From positions 4,278,001 through 4,342,000 of the forward strand of contig JAQOWU010000008.1 in assembly GCA_030867685.1 (NCBI GenBank): a DNA stretch of 64,000 nucleotides, written 5' to 3'. The notes under the pieces are model-generated. The model was not told the origin of the DNA, made no database searches, and saw only the letters and a program-made list of their open reading frames with translations. This DNA is from Wickerhamiella versatilis (taxonomy: Eukaryota). Both the position numbers and the translations under genes were made by a program. Below are positions 33,175-44,754 of the stretch, one piece after another; the first letter of the stretch is position 1, and every line of letters begins with the position of its first letter.

Positions 33175-34395
33175 ATGCCAGACGCGTTCACGGCGGTGCT
33201 GGATCAAACACGCAAGGAGCATGTTGCGGCTATGCAGCGCAATTCTGTGAGGAGGAATAAGCTTAAAGCGACAAATATTGGGGCTTCGCTCTCAGCTGAC
33301 AAGAAAAACCATTCAAGTACTGCGAGCGATTCAGTGTCGGGTATACGGTTATTACAGCGATATTTACCACCCGAACAAGTGGATGACTTTTTTACGGGCT
33401 GCGAGCGCCTTACCATAGCTCAGTTTTATAAAGAATGCCATCCACCATCTTTTAGTCCCCCACGGTACGCTAACTGGGTGGTGCTGGGCATTGTAGCAGG
33501 CAAGAGTGAATTCCGCCAAGCAAGTTCGGGCAGCAAATATCTGATGATGAAATTGAGTGATCTCAAATACGATGTTTCATTAGCTGTTCATGGTAAATCG
33601 TTCGCGTCTTACTACAAAATTCAACCCGGTACTTTGATTGGCATTTTGAATCCACGATTATACACGACGAAACAAGATGTGATGTCTGTAAACCTCAGTA
33701 TATTCCAAGATGGTTGTGTGGTAGAGATCGGACAAGCCAAAGACCTGGGTCAATGCGAATCTATGACAAAAGGCACGGGTCGACGATGTCGCAATTGGAT
33801 TGACTGTCGTCGTACCCAGGTATGCGAGTACCACATGGAAGAGCATCTGAGATCTGCAGCAAGCCAGCGTCCAGAGTTTAACTCGGTCGTATCAAAATTT
33901 GGAGCACCGGTTGACGCAAAAACGCAAAAACCGATGTCATGGACTCGAGGCGGCAGCGTGCGGTGGAAGCAAGGGCTTCATATAGACCATGGAGTGCCCA
34001 CTGCAAAAGTATCCACTTCAAGAGCCCGTGGTAACTTCTTGGCGGGTGGTACAGATCGGCCCATTAGTGCACCCGAAAAGGAGAAAAAACGTGCACGACG
34101 AATGGCAGAGGACCTCAAAAGTGAATTGAGACTGCGGAAAAAGTTGGCAGCCCGACCTGATGGGGTTATGTTACGAAATTTTGATGAGAAGGGTCATTTA
34201 GTCGATACTCCGAATGAGTCCAGCGAAAGAGATTCAAATTCACACAGCGCCTTTGGCCCCGAAGAGATCAGACGTATCGGGTTCAATCCTAATGGTGTGC
34301 AGGTGGATCTACAGTTGGCAAAACAAAGTCAGCCGCAGCGAACTTCGACTGTTCCTTTGGACGACGACGATAGTGACGATCTCGAAATTATTTAA
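33175..34395 (+). CDS. MCM10: Replication factor Mcm10
   Basis: PPRYANWVVLGIVAGKS OB fold, IGQAKDLGQC and CCCH zinc finger (C..C..CEYH), RPEF. Confidence 0.9.
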   Translation: MPDAFTAVLDQTRKEHVAAMQRNSVRRNKLKATNIGASLSADKKNHSSTASDSVSGIRLLQRYLPPEQVDDFFTGCERLTIAQFYKECHPPSFSPPRYANWVVLGIVAGKSEFRQASSGSKYLMMKLSDLKYDVSLAVHGKSFASYYKIQPGTLIGILNPRLYTTKQDVMSVNLSIFQDGCVVEIGQAKDLGQCESMTKGTGRRCRNWIDCRRTQVCEYHMEEHLRSAASQRPEFNSVVSKFGAPVDAKTQKPMSWTRGGSVRWKQGLHIDHGVPTAKVSTSRARGNFLAGGTDRPISAPEKEKKRARRMAEDLKSELRLRKKLAARPDGVMLRNFDEKGHLVDTPNESSERDSNSHSAFGPEEIRRIGFNPNGVQVDLQLAKQSQPQRTSTVPLDDDDSDDLEII

Positions 34396-34663
34396 GAGGT
34401 CTTTCGTTTTCCTGATTGCATTCATTATGTCTCTATTCACAATTAATTTAACCGCATTATCACTACTTATGTATGTAATCCTCCTACATAGAAGATAGTC
34501 TGTGCATAGACATTTTGGCTCTGTACCGATTCGCACCCACCAATATGACCATGAAATATATACATTGAGGACCAAGGGTTACTTTTCGGAGGCTAATTAG
34601 TTCTTTCAGGAAAGATATTACTCGCCTCTAAATTTTAAAGATCATGAACATGGCAAATGTCAA

Positions 34664-35551
34664 CTACAACTTTTGAGCCTCAAGTGCCAGACGTTCATCA
34701 TTAATTCTCCTCCAGGCAGGGAAGGTGCCAGTATCATCCTCAGCATCGTCCCATGGCTTAGGTGTCAAAATATAGTGAATATTTTTTACCTCATTATCAT
34801 CCCAAACGTTTTTGTGGATATTTCGGAGGGTTTTCAAGGCATTATACTTGTAACTCAAAGGTATCCAGAGTCCTCTAAATACATCGGAGAGTAAACTTTG
34901 ATCAGCGAAGTCGTAACCAGAGGTCTTAGAAGAAGAGTCTAATGCCGCAACGATTTTGTCATAATTTCTTTTGCTTGGAATAACTACCTGTAACCCACCA
35001 TTACACATTGCCAATCCTGAAGAGCAGGGTGGTCCACTCCAATCCTCAGGGCCTGTGGTATATTTTGTATAAGGGCAGTTTTCCGGTATCCAATTCGCTG
35101 GATAATGCTTTTTATGATAGGGGTTGCATACACATGCGTGGGCTGCGGCGAATGGGGCTTTTTCAACATCAAGTGAAATATCATCGAGCAATTCATCCAT
35201 ATTTTGTGTCACGACCATGTCACTATCAAGTTGGCAAACCAAGTCGAATTCCGTTAGCGAGAAAGGCTGGAGCTTCGACCAACAATCATAGAAACGCGAA
35301 TCATTTTCGTAATCCTTGTGTTCTGTTGGTAGAAGATATTTGATATGGCGTTTGTATATACCCCGTTTATCCAACTCATAGTGGCCCTCTGGGCTGAAGG
35401 CGTCCGTATAGAGCACTACCAGGGGGTATTTTGATCCAACCTTCTGAAGGGAATATGCTAAGGTTAAGACACCATCCATGTATTTAGTATTCGTCACAAG
35501 GGTGGTCCATACCTTTTTTGCTTCTGGTAACCGTTCTCCAAAATCAGGCAT
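34664..35551 (-). CDS. Glycosyltransferase family 8 protein
   Basis: YPLVVLYT, WSKL, LDSDM (DxD), ACVCNP, FADQSLL, YNALK, HYILTPKPW. Confidence 0.9.
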   Translation of the reverse strand: MPDFGERLPEAKKVWTTLVTNTKYMDGVLTLAYSLQKVGSKYPLVVLYTDAFSPEGHYELDKRGIYKRHIKYLLPTEHKDYENDSRFYDCWSKLQPFSLTEFDLVCQLDSDMVVTQNMDELLDDISLDVEKAPFAAAHACVCNPYHKKHYPANWIPENCPYTKYTTGPEDWSGPPCSSGLAMCNGGLQVVIPSKRNYDKIVAALDSSSKTSGYDFADQSLLSDVFRGLWIPLSYKYNALKTLRNIHKNVWDDNEVKNIHYILTPKPWDDAEDDTGTFPAWRRINDERLALEAQKL

Positions 35552-35755
35552 TGAGCTGGCGTACCACCAGTATGGTAGGTATTATTAATGATTAGCAATG
35601 ATCAGCATATCTACAACCCAGGAAGGCAGGAAAATGAGAGTGTGCGCGATTTAAATCATCTTGTATAGACAACTCTTTATATATATATATATGATTATTA
35701 CGATGCCATAGAGACAAAATGCTGATCACAAAAATCCAATCATGACAAGTTTATA

Positions 35756-38374
35756 TCATTTCCATCCTTGGTATCCTTGATACCCTTGCCAATGTTGAGC
35801 TCCGGCATAATTACCATTACCATTGTACTGGTTTACACCTGCATAGCCACCCATGTTGCCTGACCCAAAACCACCATAGTTATATCCATTATTTTGGCCG
35901 TATGAGTGCGCATACCAAGACTCTTCCTTGGCGCGCTCTTCCTCAAATGCAAGAAACGCACGATAACCCCCTCGTCGGTAAGGCCGCGGTTCAGAGGTAT
36001 CATCGCTTCTCGGCATCCGAACAGGCCTATCATCCCAACGATCCGCACGTCGTCGTTTAGCAAGTATGGCTTCCTTATCATCATAGCTCAGAACTAGGTT
36101 CTGTTCCTTGAAACCTTGCAATAGCATGCTTTTGTGAGCTTGAAGGCTAGGCAATGAGTATTCAACCAGGACAGAGTGATCAACGTTCAAATCAGGATAC
36201 TCATCTCCTACGAGAGAGCTCACGGGGCTCACTAGTCCACTCTCCAGTTTCCAACTATCTAACCTGCTTGCACTACCTGCAAGTCCATGACCATCAATTT
36301 CGTTAAACTCACAGGTTCCGGGACTGTCCGCGGAGTACAAAGATGCCAACTGTGGGCGGGCAGCGCTATCAGGTGATACAAGCAGGACAGCTTCGCGCTG
36401 TCCATTCCTCCAAATCTCTTTTTCATCCAAATCAGGATATTTCGCTCTGACTGCAGCCAAAAGACGCTCTTCATCTATAAACGGTAGAAGGGCTATCCCT
36501 TGCCATGCCATTTTCTTACCATTCATGTCAATTGGAAACTCCACAGGATAGAAATCGATAATGGGCGAATCCTCATCGCTCATAAGTGGTCGGAATACCT
36601 CCGGCAATGTGTGGCTAGAGGCAGCAGGAAGTACAGACATTAACTGCTCATATGGTTTGAAGGGTTTCCCTTCATTGAATTTAACCACAATACCATCAAG
36701 GTTCACCATATCTTGTGCAAATGGGGCATAGTGGTACGGGTAATACCATTGCCAGGAAGGGCAGCCTTGATAATAGTATTTAAGAACCCAACATATCCCT
36801 TCAATATATTTCTGCACCATTTCACCAATAAACTGCTTGTCGCTTCCACTGACACCAAACTTCGCTCTGTAGTATCTTTCGTGGTAGCCTGCTTCCCCTA
36901 GCCTAACAGTATCCATACTCGGGTCATCATCATCTTCTTCTTCTGCCTTATTATCGCCTGCTGCCTCCTCCTCTTTAACTTCACCTACAGTCTCACTACC
37001 CTCATGCTCTTCTGCCACAGATCGCTTGCGCTTTATTTGAACGGCTATGTCATGATTTGACATGTGAACCGGTCCAACGCTCTCACCTTTCGGGGTGAAA
37101 AGCGGCATGGAATCCAGTGGCTTCGCAGGTGCAGTCTCGGACCCCTTTGTTGATGTGCGGCCCAATTCTGTGCCTGTTCTTTGTCTTTTAGTTGATGATT
37201 GCTTGTTACGATTAAGATTCGCCTCACGCCTAGCATCTTGCTCTTTTCTGTGACGAAAAATGGTATCCTCCTGTGCTGCAACACCTCTCAGGAGTACCTG
37301 AGCTCGACGAAGGTCTACATCACCATCACATGTGATATAGTTTTGTGTCCGCGGAAGAGCCTGACGCCAGGATCTAAGTAACGCATCGATACCATTTTCA
37401 CGCACATCGAGAGATGGCAAGTGTGGAAGAAAATCATTACCACAGAAAAACGCCATAAAAACCCAGTCATCTATAGCCCTTTCTAAGTCGAAAGGAAAAC
37501 TTGTACCCGGTATATTGAGTTCAATCTCCAGATACTGCCTTAAAATCTCTACATCAAGCCATAGGTATGGTTTTTTGGCAGATGACTTTTTGCCGCGCCC
37601 TTGAGCAAAGACGTCTTCACGTAGAATACGAAAATGTGGTTCGTGAGTCGCCAGACCGAGAAAAATCAAGTCAGCATCTAAACCATAAATACAATGTCGC
37701 GTATTCGGATCATGCGTGGGGTCGCAGCGCTGACTGCGAATAAATTTCATTATCTTGTGCTCGCCTTCTCCAGGAACCGATGCGTCGCTAATTATCACGT
37801 TCAGTCCTCGCCATCCAGGGTCTGTATTTAGCTTATAAGCAACCCAATACCTTAGAGAATCCGCAAGGTAGTCCATGAAGGGTGTTCCTGGCGTAATCAC
37901 ATTCGTGTCCCAAGCTTTTTTTCCCTTTATAGCTGCATCAATAGTCTCACCGCGGCCTTCCGCTTCCACGAGCTGCCTCTGACGTTCATCTTCAGCTAAC
38001 TTTGCATCTTGTGCACTGCGAAATCGACGCGAGCGCTGTTGGTTCATCTTAGCCCTTGGGGCTACGCCATCAAGGGCGATCATTAGCACTTTTCGGGGAC
38101 GAGCAATCATTAGTACTCGCTCAGTATATCTAAAAACCTCAACCATCATTTCCTGTTCAGTTTCAGGAGGTGGCTTACCCTCTGGATGGGTACAGGGATG
38201 AACTATGCCATTCATATCGAGGTACAAATTATCCAATTCACCATTCTTGTTTGGAGAAGAATACTGGGGTGGAACCTGCACCCCATCGACCTCCACAGAG
38301 TTCTCCTCTATACAAGGCTTTATGATCTTTGGATACCGCTGAGATAGCCACCGATAAAACGCGGGTACTCCCAT
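35756..38374 (-). CDS. RAT1: Nuclear 5'-3' exoribonuclease Xrn2
   Basis: MGVPAFYRWL, DNLYLDMNGIVHPC, PGEGEHKI, YGLDADLI, GNDFLPH. Confidence 0.96.
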   Translation of the reverse strand: MGVPAFYRWLSQRYPKIIKPCIEENSVEVDGVQVPPQYSSPNKNGELDNLYLDMNGIVHPCTHPEGKPPPETEQEMMVEVFRYTERVLMIARPRKVLMIALDGVAPRAKMNQQRSRRFRSAQDAKLAEDERQRQLVEAEGRGETIDAAIKGKKAWDTNVITPGTPFMDYLADSLRYWVAYKLNTDPGWRGLNVIISDASVPGEGEHKIMKFIRSQRCDPTHDPNTRHCIYGLDADLIFLGLATHEPHFRILREDVFAQGRGKKSSAKKPYLWLDVEILRQYLEIELNIPGTSFPFDLERAIDDWVFMAFFCGNDFLPHLPSLDVRENGIDALLRSWRQALPRTQNYITCDGDVDLRRAQVLLRGVAAQEDTIFRHRKEQDARREANLNRNKQSSTKRQRTGTELGRTSTKGSETAPAKPLDSMPLFTPKGESVGPVHMSNHDIAVQIKRKRSVAEEHEGSETVGEVKEEEAAGDNKAEEEDDDDPSMDTVRLGEAGYHERYYRAKFGVSGSDKQFIGEMVQKYIEGICWVLKYYYQGCPSWQWYYPYHYAPFAQDMVNLDGIVVKFNEGKPFKPYEQLMSVLPAASSHTLPEVFRPLMSDEDSPIIDFYPVEFPIDMNGKKMAWQGIALLPFIDEERLLAAVRAKYPDLDEKEIWRNGQREAVLLVSPDSAARPQLASLYSADSPGTCEFNEIDGHGLAGSASRLDSWKLESGLVSPVSSLVGDEYPDLNVDHSVLVEYSLPSLQAHKSMLLQGFKEQNLVLSYDDKEAILAKRRRADRWDDRPVRMPRSDDTSEPRPYRRGGYRAFLAFEEERAKEESWYAHSYGQNNGYNYGGFGSGNMGGYAGVNQYNGNGNYAGAQHWQGYQGYQGWK

Positions 38375-38690
38375 GGCACCAATAAATTATATTAGTAAGT
38401 TGCCAAAGAAGATAGTTTCGTCGATATAATTTTCCAGAGGAAAAGAAGAAGACAAATGGTCCATATTGTCGCATGATACTCCACCTTTAGTTCTGAAGAC
38501 TTAAGGAGTATTTCAAGTTGTACCCTATAGAGATCTACACCGCCATGTATTTAATGCTAGATTTTGCTAAGAACTCTCATGAATATGCAGATGAAAACGA
38601 TAATGAAACGTTTAGTACTTTGAATTTTGTTTAAAACTTCTTTTATGTCAAGTTAACTGAGAAGAATTGGTGGTATTAGGGTTTATTGTC

Positions 38691-41600
38691 ATGACGAGCT
38701 GCCCGGCGCTCAACGAGCATGGTCTGCCGAATTCCTGCTTATTGGATCGCGTCGACGCTCTTGGCATTTTATTATTTCTACCCTTTTTATGTTATCGCAT
38801 TATAATACTCGGGCGCGTCTCCAAAACCTCTGAAACAAATATTAATGCCTACGCAGAGATCTCTATGCTTTTAGTGTTGGCTTCAACTGTTTGCATATCA
38901 TTCCGATGGACTGTTAGCTCCTTTATTGTTTTGATTGGTCAGTTAACTGCGCTGCAACTTCATCGTGTCCAGCGTAGTCGTGTGCTTGTTTCAAGCCCAG
39001 AGCTGTTAGTTATGTGGCTCTGGCGAACAATCCTGGAATGTTCGAGAGCTATATCTGTTCCTTCCATTCTAAATGCTGCAGTTTTTGTGACCACTTCTGC
39101 TGCATTGCTTTCTGAGCTTGCTAGTTGTCCATCCTGTCCAGAGGGATTCGATGATGCAACAGTCTTTGCCCGCATCAACATGACTTATCTACAGCCAATG
39201 CTTAATTTGGGGAAATCAAAAATTTTAAGTGTTGCTGATATGCCTAAGATTCCCTCCTCGCTTGATGCGGAAAAATGTTACACGAAGTATCAAAAGTCCC
39301 TTGTCACCTTTAAGAGCACGAGTAAAAATAGGGTAATATTCGCTCTATTGAAAAGTGAAAAGTATAAGGTGATATTTCTTTTGCTCGTGGATGTCCTTTC
39401 AGATATCACAGGCTATATCACTCCCCTGATCCTTTCTTATTTCCTAAGCGCCCTTCAAAAGTACAGGGAAGGATCTGAACCAGCATATCCTGCAATTTAC
39501 TTTTCTATTGGTCTTGGAGCGGTATCAATGCTTAATTCCACATTGAGAGGAGTGTATGGTGTGATGACAGCCATAATTTTCCAGTCCATGCGATCTGCAT
39601 TGATCCAAACTGTATACTATAAGGCTCTCAAATTGGATCCAGGAAGTAGGCAGCACTTTGACAACGCAAAAATTATGAATCTCATCAATGTGGACTGCTC
39701 CACTGTCCAAATGGCTTATTCACAAGTAACCACACTGATCAGTGCCCCTGTTGGACTTATAGTTTGTGTAATCCAACTATGGTTTTTCCTTGGAATTTCT
39801 ACGCTCGCTTCCATCCCAATTTATTTATTCTATGTCCCGTTTATTTCCTACACAACGCGACAATTGATGCGGCGGTTTCCGGAGATGATGGCAGTAAAGG
39901 ACCGCCGCACTAAATCAACAATGAACATTATCAGAAATATCAAATCACTCAAACTTTATGCTTGGGAAAAACCTTATATTGACCAAGTTTTAACTGACAG
40001 AGACAATGAATTAGCTGTCCAGCAGAAATATCTTCGTTACTCAGTCAGTCAAAATACAGTGTCGACACTTCTTGATGACCTCGTAGCAACTGCAGTATTC
40101 ATTGCCTTTCTTTATCTATCTGGAGCTGCACTTACCGCAGAAATTGTGTTTCCTGCTATAGCAATGCTTTCACTGGTCTCTGGGCCCCTGTTTAGTCTTC
40201 CCGCAGCCATATCTAGTTTGGGCCGCGCCTGGACAAGCCAGCAACGTTTGAACGAATTGTTTAACAGCAAGGAGGAAGATTGGCGTAACTATCATAAAGT
40301 AGCTTCTTCATCTCCTTGCGTCTGCATGGAGAAAGCTCATGTGACTTGGAGTCAGGGTGGTCCAGTTGCTCTTCCCCAAGTAACCTTTACGCTTAAACCT
40401 GGTGAGCTCTGTTGCATTCTAGGAAGAGTTGGTGCTGGTAAAAGTGCGCTGATAAAGACCCTATGTGGACAAATGTTTGTGGAGAATGGGACCGTGAAAA
40501 TCTCCGAACACTTAGCATATTGTTCACAGGAGCCATGGCTTCAGTACAAGTCTATTAGAGAAAATATTCTTTTTGGTCAGAATTATGAAAAAGAATGGTA
40601 CGATCTTGTCATCGCCGCTTGTGATTTAAGCTCAGATTTGGCTTCATTCAGTGACGGTGATGCTGTGGAAATCGGTGAGAAGGGTATTAGACTTAGCGGA
40701 GGACAGAAAGCTCGGGTAGCGCTTGCTCGTGCTGTTTATAGCCGTGCGCAGGTCTATTTGCTCGATGATGTGCTTAGCGCGGTGGATGAACATGTAGCTA
40801 GCCATCTTTTGGAAAATCTGTTTTCACCCACTGGTGTTTTGGCTGGAAAGACAATTGTATTAGCAACGAATTCTAGTAGGCCGCTAAGATATGCATCACG
40901 AGTGGTTTGCTTGAAAGATGGAGATTTTGTCTATGATGGACCGCCAAGCTCTAGTGCTATTCATTATTTCAGCAGCGCAACAACTTTGAAGGGGACATCA
41001 CTCCCTCCAGATAACTTTGATAGGCTGAAATATTTACAGCCTTTTGACTACCCGGCGCCCACACCTCAGCCACAAACTTACGAACCCGAGGCAAATTCTC
41101 GTGATGAGTTGTTCCCTGATACCCCGGTACTAAAGGTATTTTGGCGCTACTTAGAGAGCGCTGGTCTTGATGTCGCTGGGTTATCGGTATTCTTGATTTT
41201 ACTATCAGTGATTCTTCCCAATATGATAATGATATGGTTAACGATATGGAGTGATAAAAATCTTTCAGGGCTCTATGAATCGCGCTGGTACTTGACAGGT
41301 TATTTATGTCTGAGTCTCGCCTCTGCGTTAGCTATTTTTTCTTGTTACTATGTATACTATGGCGTTCTCGTTATTCGGGCATCAAGAACTCTCCATAATA
41401 ATATGTTGGTACGCGTCGTTCGTGCTCCGATGAGTTTCTTTGAAAAGACCGCAATTGGTGCAGTGATGAATAGGTTCACTGGCGACATAATGGGCATCGA
41501 TAACGGAATGCCACGCTTGCTTTATGCATTTGTTCGAAGTCTTATTGGGTGTATCGTATCGATTTCAATCGCAATATTTGGAGCTCCGTTCATTCTGATC

Positions 41601-42863
41601 GTCCTTGTCCCAGCACTCATCCAATACAACGCTTATCGTCAACTTTTTGTCCCTTGCGCGCGACAGATGCAGAAGCTTTCGAGCTCTGCGAGGGGTCCTA
41701 TCCTCAGTTTTGTTGAAGAGAGTATAAAGGGTATTGCTACAGTGAGTGCTTTTGGCTTACGTCCTCTATTTAGGGAAGGATACCGGCTGCGCTCAAATTA
41801 TTGGATGCATGTAACTTTCACCCGCTCAACACTCCGACGGTGGCTCCAATTCCGTATCCAGGTGATTTCTGCTATTCTCACGGTATCTGCAGCCTTGATT
41901 TTGGTGTATCTTGTAGGATATTGGTCCATACCGGTAGGCATTGCAGGGATAGTCTTGCACAGCATCAGACTCTCTGTTACGCGCCTGTCCTGGATCGTTC
42001 AAGCTTGGACCGATCTTGAAGTAAATTCTGTTGCTGCGGAACGTATTTTTGAGTATAGCGAAATGCAAACTGAGGCACCAGAGCATGTTCCAAATTCAAT
42101 CTTACCATATGAGTGGCCTGATGAAGGGATTGTCAAAGCGACCAATTTTTGTACGCGCTTTCATCCGGACCAGGCAGATGTATTGCACTCTATTAATTTT
42201 ACAATTAATGCTGGTGAGAAGATAGGTATTGTCGGTCGCACTGGTGCTGGTAAAAGTACCTTAACCCTGGCACTTTTCCGTATCATCGAAAAAACTGAAG
42301 GAGATATGGTTATTGACGGTATAAATACTGCAGAAATAGGTCTTCATGACCTGAGATCTCGGTTATCTATCATTCCTCAAGATGCCCAAGTCTTTAAGGG
42401 CACCCTGCGATCTAACCTGGATCCTTTAGGTGAGGTTGACGACGCTAGACTGTGGCAAGTTCTTGAATTGTGCCACCTCAAAGATCATTTTTCCCAAAAC
42501 GCGCACACCCTTGGACTTGACACGCCTTTGTCGGAGGGCGGTGGGAATATTAGTCGCGGTCAGGCCCAACTGATATGTTTAGGGCGCGCACTCTTGCGGC
42601 CAACAAAAGTCCTTGTGCTTGACGAAGCAACAGCATCGGTTGACGCTGAAACCGATTCCCTGCTTCAACAAACAATTCGAAGCGAGTTTTCAGACCGCAC
42701 CATAATAACAGTGGCCCATCGCATCAATACTCTCGATAATGCCGACCGCATCCTACTGATGGAAAAAGGCTGTGTCAAGGAATTCGATACTTACGCTAAT
42801 TTGGTTGCTTCTAAGGGTGCTTTCTACCAATTATTGCATGCCCATTCGTCAAAACCGACATAA
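38691..42863 (+). CDS. ABCC/MRP transporter, Ycf1/Bpt1-like
   Basis: Two TMD-NBD halves; GRVGAGKS, LSGGQKAR, GRTGAGKS, VLDEATA; IKSLKLYAWE; ATG at 38691. Confidence 0.92.
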   Translation: MTSCPALNEHGLPNSCLLDRVDALGILLFLPFLCYRIIILGRVSKTSETNINAYAEISMLLVLASTVCISFRWTVSSFIVLIGQLTALQLHRVQRSRVLVSSPELLVMWLWRTILECSRAISVPSILNAAVFVTTSAALLSELASCPSCPEGFDDATVFARINMTYLQPMLNLGKSKILSVADMPKIPSSLDAEKCYTKYQKSLVTFKSTSKNRVIFALLKSEKYKVIFLLLVDVLSDITGYITPLILSYFLSALQKYREGSEPAYPAIYFSIGLGAVSMLNSTLRGVYGVMTAIIFQSMRSALIQTVYYKALKLDPGSRQHFDNAKIMNLINVDCSTVQMAYSQVTTLISAPVGLIVCVIQLWFFLGISTLASIPIYLFYVPFISYTTRQLMRRFPEMMAVKDRRTKSTMNIIRNIKSLKLYAWEKPYIDQVLTDRDNELAVQQKYLRYSVSQNTVSTLLDDLVATAVFIAFLYLSGAALTAEIVFPAIAMLSLVSGPLFSLPAAISSLGRAWTSQQRLNELFNSKEEDWRNYHKVASSSPCVCMEKAHVTWSQGGPVALPQVTFTLKPGELCCILGRVGAGKSALIKTLCGQMFVENGTVKISEHLAYCSQEPWLQYKSIRENILFGQNYEKEWYDLVIAACDLSSDLASFSDGDAVEIGEKGIRLSGGQKARVALARAVYSRAQVYLLDDVLSAVDEHVASHLLENLFSPTGVLAGKTIVLATNSSRPLRYASRVVCLKDGDFVYDGPPSSSAIHYFSSATTLKGTSLPPDNFDRLKYLQPFDYPAPTPQPQTYEPEANSRDELFPDTPVLKVFWRYLESAGLDVAGLSVFLILLSVILPNMIMIWLTIWSDKNLSGLYESRWYLTGYLCLSLASALAIFSCYYVYYGVLVIRASRTLHNNMLVRVVRAPMSFFEKTAIGAVMNRFTGDIMGIDNGMPRLLYAFVRSLIGCIVSISIAIFGAPFILIVLVPALIQYNAYRQLFVPCARQMQKLSSSARGPILSFVEESIKGIATVSAFGLRPLFREGYRLRSNYWMHVTFTRSTLRRWLQFRIQVISAILTVSAALILVYLVGYWSIPVGIAGIVLHSIRLSVTRLSWIVQAWTDLEVNSVAAERIFEYSEMQTEAPEHVPNSILPYEWPDEGIVKATNFCTRFHPDQADVLHSINFTINAGEKIGIVGRTGAGKSTLTLALFRIIEKTEGDMVIDGINTAEIGLHDLRSRLSIIPQDAQVFKGTLRSNLDPLGEVDDARLWQVLELCHLKDHFSQNAHTLGLDTPLSEGGGNISRGQAQLICLGRALLRPTKVLVLDEATASVDAETDSLLQQTIRSEFSDRTIITVAHRINTLDNADRILLMEKGCVKEFDTYANLVASKGAFYQLLHAHSSKPT

Positions 42864-43155
42864 AATGTTTTTAAATGCAGCTGCACCTTATAAAATATCG
42901 CCTTAAGTGGATAAGTTGATGGTATTTTTGGCTGCTTAGGATAAAACCATGCCACATCGCTAATGACCGTATTAATTAGCATCTATTATATTTCAAGAGT
43001 AAAATCGGATAATTCCTGGCTAGTTGATTTCTCTCACTGTTGCGTCGGCATCTACCCATTTCTGGGGCACTGCACGTGACGAATCTCAAACACCAATCCC
43101 TTACCCTGCATATAGTTTGAGTAACTTACGCTTTCTGCGACAACGTATAGGGAGC

Positions 43156-44754
43156 ATGCAAGCGCCTGCGCTACGAGGTAGACGTGCCTTTAGGCTTGTT
43201 TTCTCCTTAACTGCGTTATTGGCCCTTTGTTACTTCATTTTCACCACCTTCACTGGTCACCCCCCTGCTAATCCGTTATCTGGCGCGTCGAGACATTTAT
43301 CAAATACCACCGCAGAGCCAGTATCAATTATTCGCGAAGCATGGAGCCATTATTACACGCTTGCTCGTAGTCTTTTATATGCTGAGTTTGAGCATTTTGG
43401 CCTTCCGTCTACAGGTCTCCGGGTTTATGAGAAGAACATGCAATCTTTCCAGGAGCAACTAGAATCATCACTACAAGAAGCCCAAGATGTATCGTGCGCA
43501 GAGCCTGTAAAACGATTAAAGGATTTATGGTCCGAGAAACTAACTGTCGTCGAGGAAAAATGCAAGAATGACAAGGTTGAGGTTGAGACCCTGGTTGATG
43601 AGGCGAGGAGAGCTGCTGAGGAACGGTGGGAGGTATGCAAGAATGATCTCAACGATGAAAACTGTTCAGGCGATATCAAAGAGCAGCTTATAGACCTCTC
43701 AAACCGTCATCACCATGATGTGAAGTCGGAAAGAGAGTTCGATCTTAACAAGGAGCACTTCCGCTTTTGGAAAGATAGAGATGGTATGTTTGTCGACGAA
43801 TTAGAGAGGATGCAAAAGGAGATGTTGAAGCCTGATGCGGTACCAAAACAACTACGTTCCGGTGTGGGTCCCAGGCCGGAACAAATCCTTATTTTGACAG
43901 GATCTGACTACTCTGACTCCACGACGTTTAGATGGGAGCTAAATCAACGTGTCTTTAAGAACCGCCAAGACTACTGTGACGCGCATGGTTATATTCATGA
44001 GTTTGTGAATTTCACTCGTTATGCACCTGCAAGAGACCATGTGGAGCACCCAGTATGGTTTAAGCTACCTGCTCTAGCAGAGACTTTCCATAGGTACCCT
44101 GACGTTGAATGGATTTGGTGGCTTGACCTGGATGCTCTCATCATGAATGGTGGGTTGAAGCTCGAGGAACATTTGTTACATCCTGACGTACTGAAAGAGC
44201 GTATAATGTACAAACGGCCTGTTGCCTCAATAGAGGCTCTCTACTCTCTGGGCGGCACTGCACCTGACCGTGATGAGATTCAGGTAGAGGATCTGAATTT
44301 TATCATAAGTCACGACTGGCTTACACTCAATGCTGGATCATTCTTTGTGCGTCGTACGGCTTTCACGGATGTGGCTTTGCAGATGTGGTCTGACCGGGCC
44401 TATATTTACGATTTTGAAGGCGAGCGTGTTTTCGAGCGTCGCGAGCAAGATGCGTTTGTACACATGTGGTTCAACCATGATGCCATTAAAAGGAGGACCG
44501 CAATAGTCCCACAGCGCTTGATAAACTCATTTATGAGTGATGGACGCTGGGAGTCTGACTGGACAATGATATACGAAAAAGGGGATTTTTTACTACATTT
44601 CGCAGGTTTCAATAATGATGAAGAGTTCACGGATAAATTCTATGAAGTCTGGCCTATGGTGACCCCAGCACCGGGTAAAGCCGTGGAACCTCTACCACCA
44701 CGGCCTGATCCGGAGGTTAGTGAAGAAAACGAATCAATTGAGGAAGAACTATGA
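43156..44754 (+). CDS. GT34 family Golgi galactosyl/mannosyltransferase (Mnn10/Gmh-like)
   Basis: Type II TM anchor, coiled-coil stem, NRQDYCDAHGY, WIWWLDLDALIMN, LNAGSFFVR, GDFLLHFAG. Confidence 0.88.
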   Translation: MQAPALRGRRAFRLVFSLTALLALCYFIFTTFTGHPPANPLSGASRHLSNTTAEPVSIIREAWSHYYTLARSLLYAEFEHFGLPSTGLRVYEKNMQSFQEQLESSLQEAQDVSCAEPVKRLKDLWSEKLTVVEEKCKNDKVEVETLVDEARRAAEERWEVCKNDLNDENCSGDIKEQLIDLSNRHHHDVKSEREFDLNKEHFRFWKDRDGMFVDELERMQKEMLKPDAVPKQLRSGVGPRPEQILILTGSDYSDSTTFRWELNQRVFKNRQDYCDAHGYIHEFVNFTRYAPARDHVEHPVWFKLPALAETFHRYPDVEWIWWLDLDALIMNGGLKLEEHLLHPDVLKERIMYKRPVASIEALYSLGGTAPDRDEIQVEDLNFIISHDWLTLNAGSFFVRRTAFTDVALQMWSDRAYIYDFEGERVFERREQDAFVHMWFNHDAIKRRTAIVPQRLINSFMSDGRWESDWTMIYEKGDFLLHFAGFNNDEEFTDKFYEVWPMVTPAPGKAVEPLPPRPDPEVSEENESIEEEL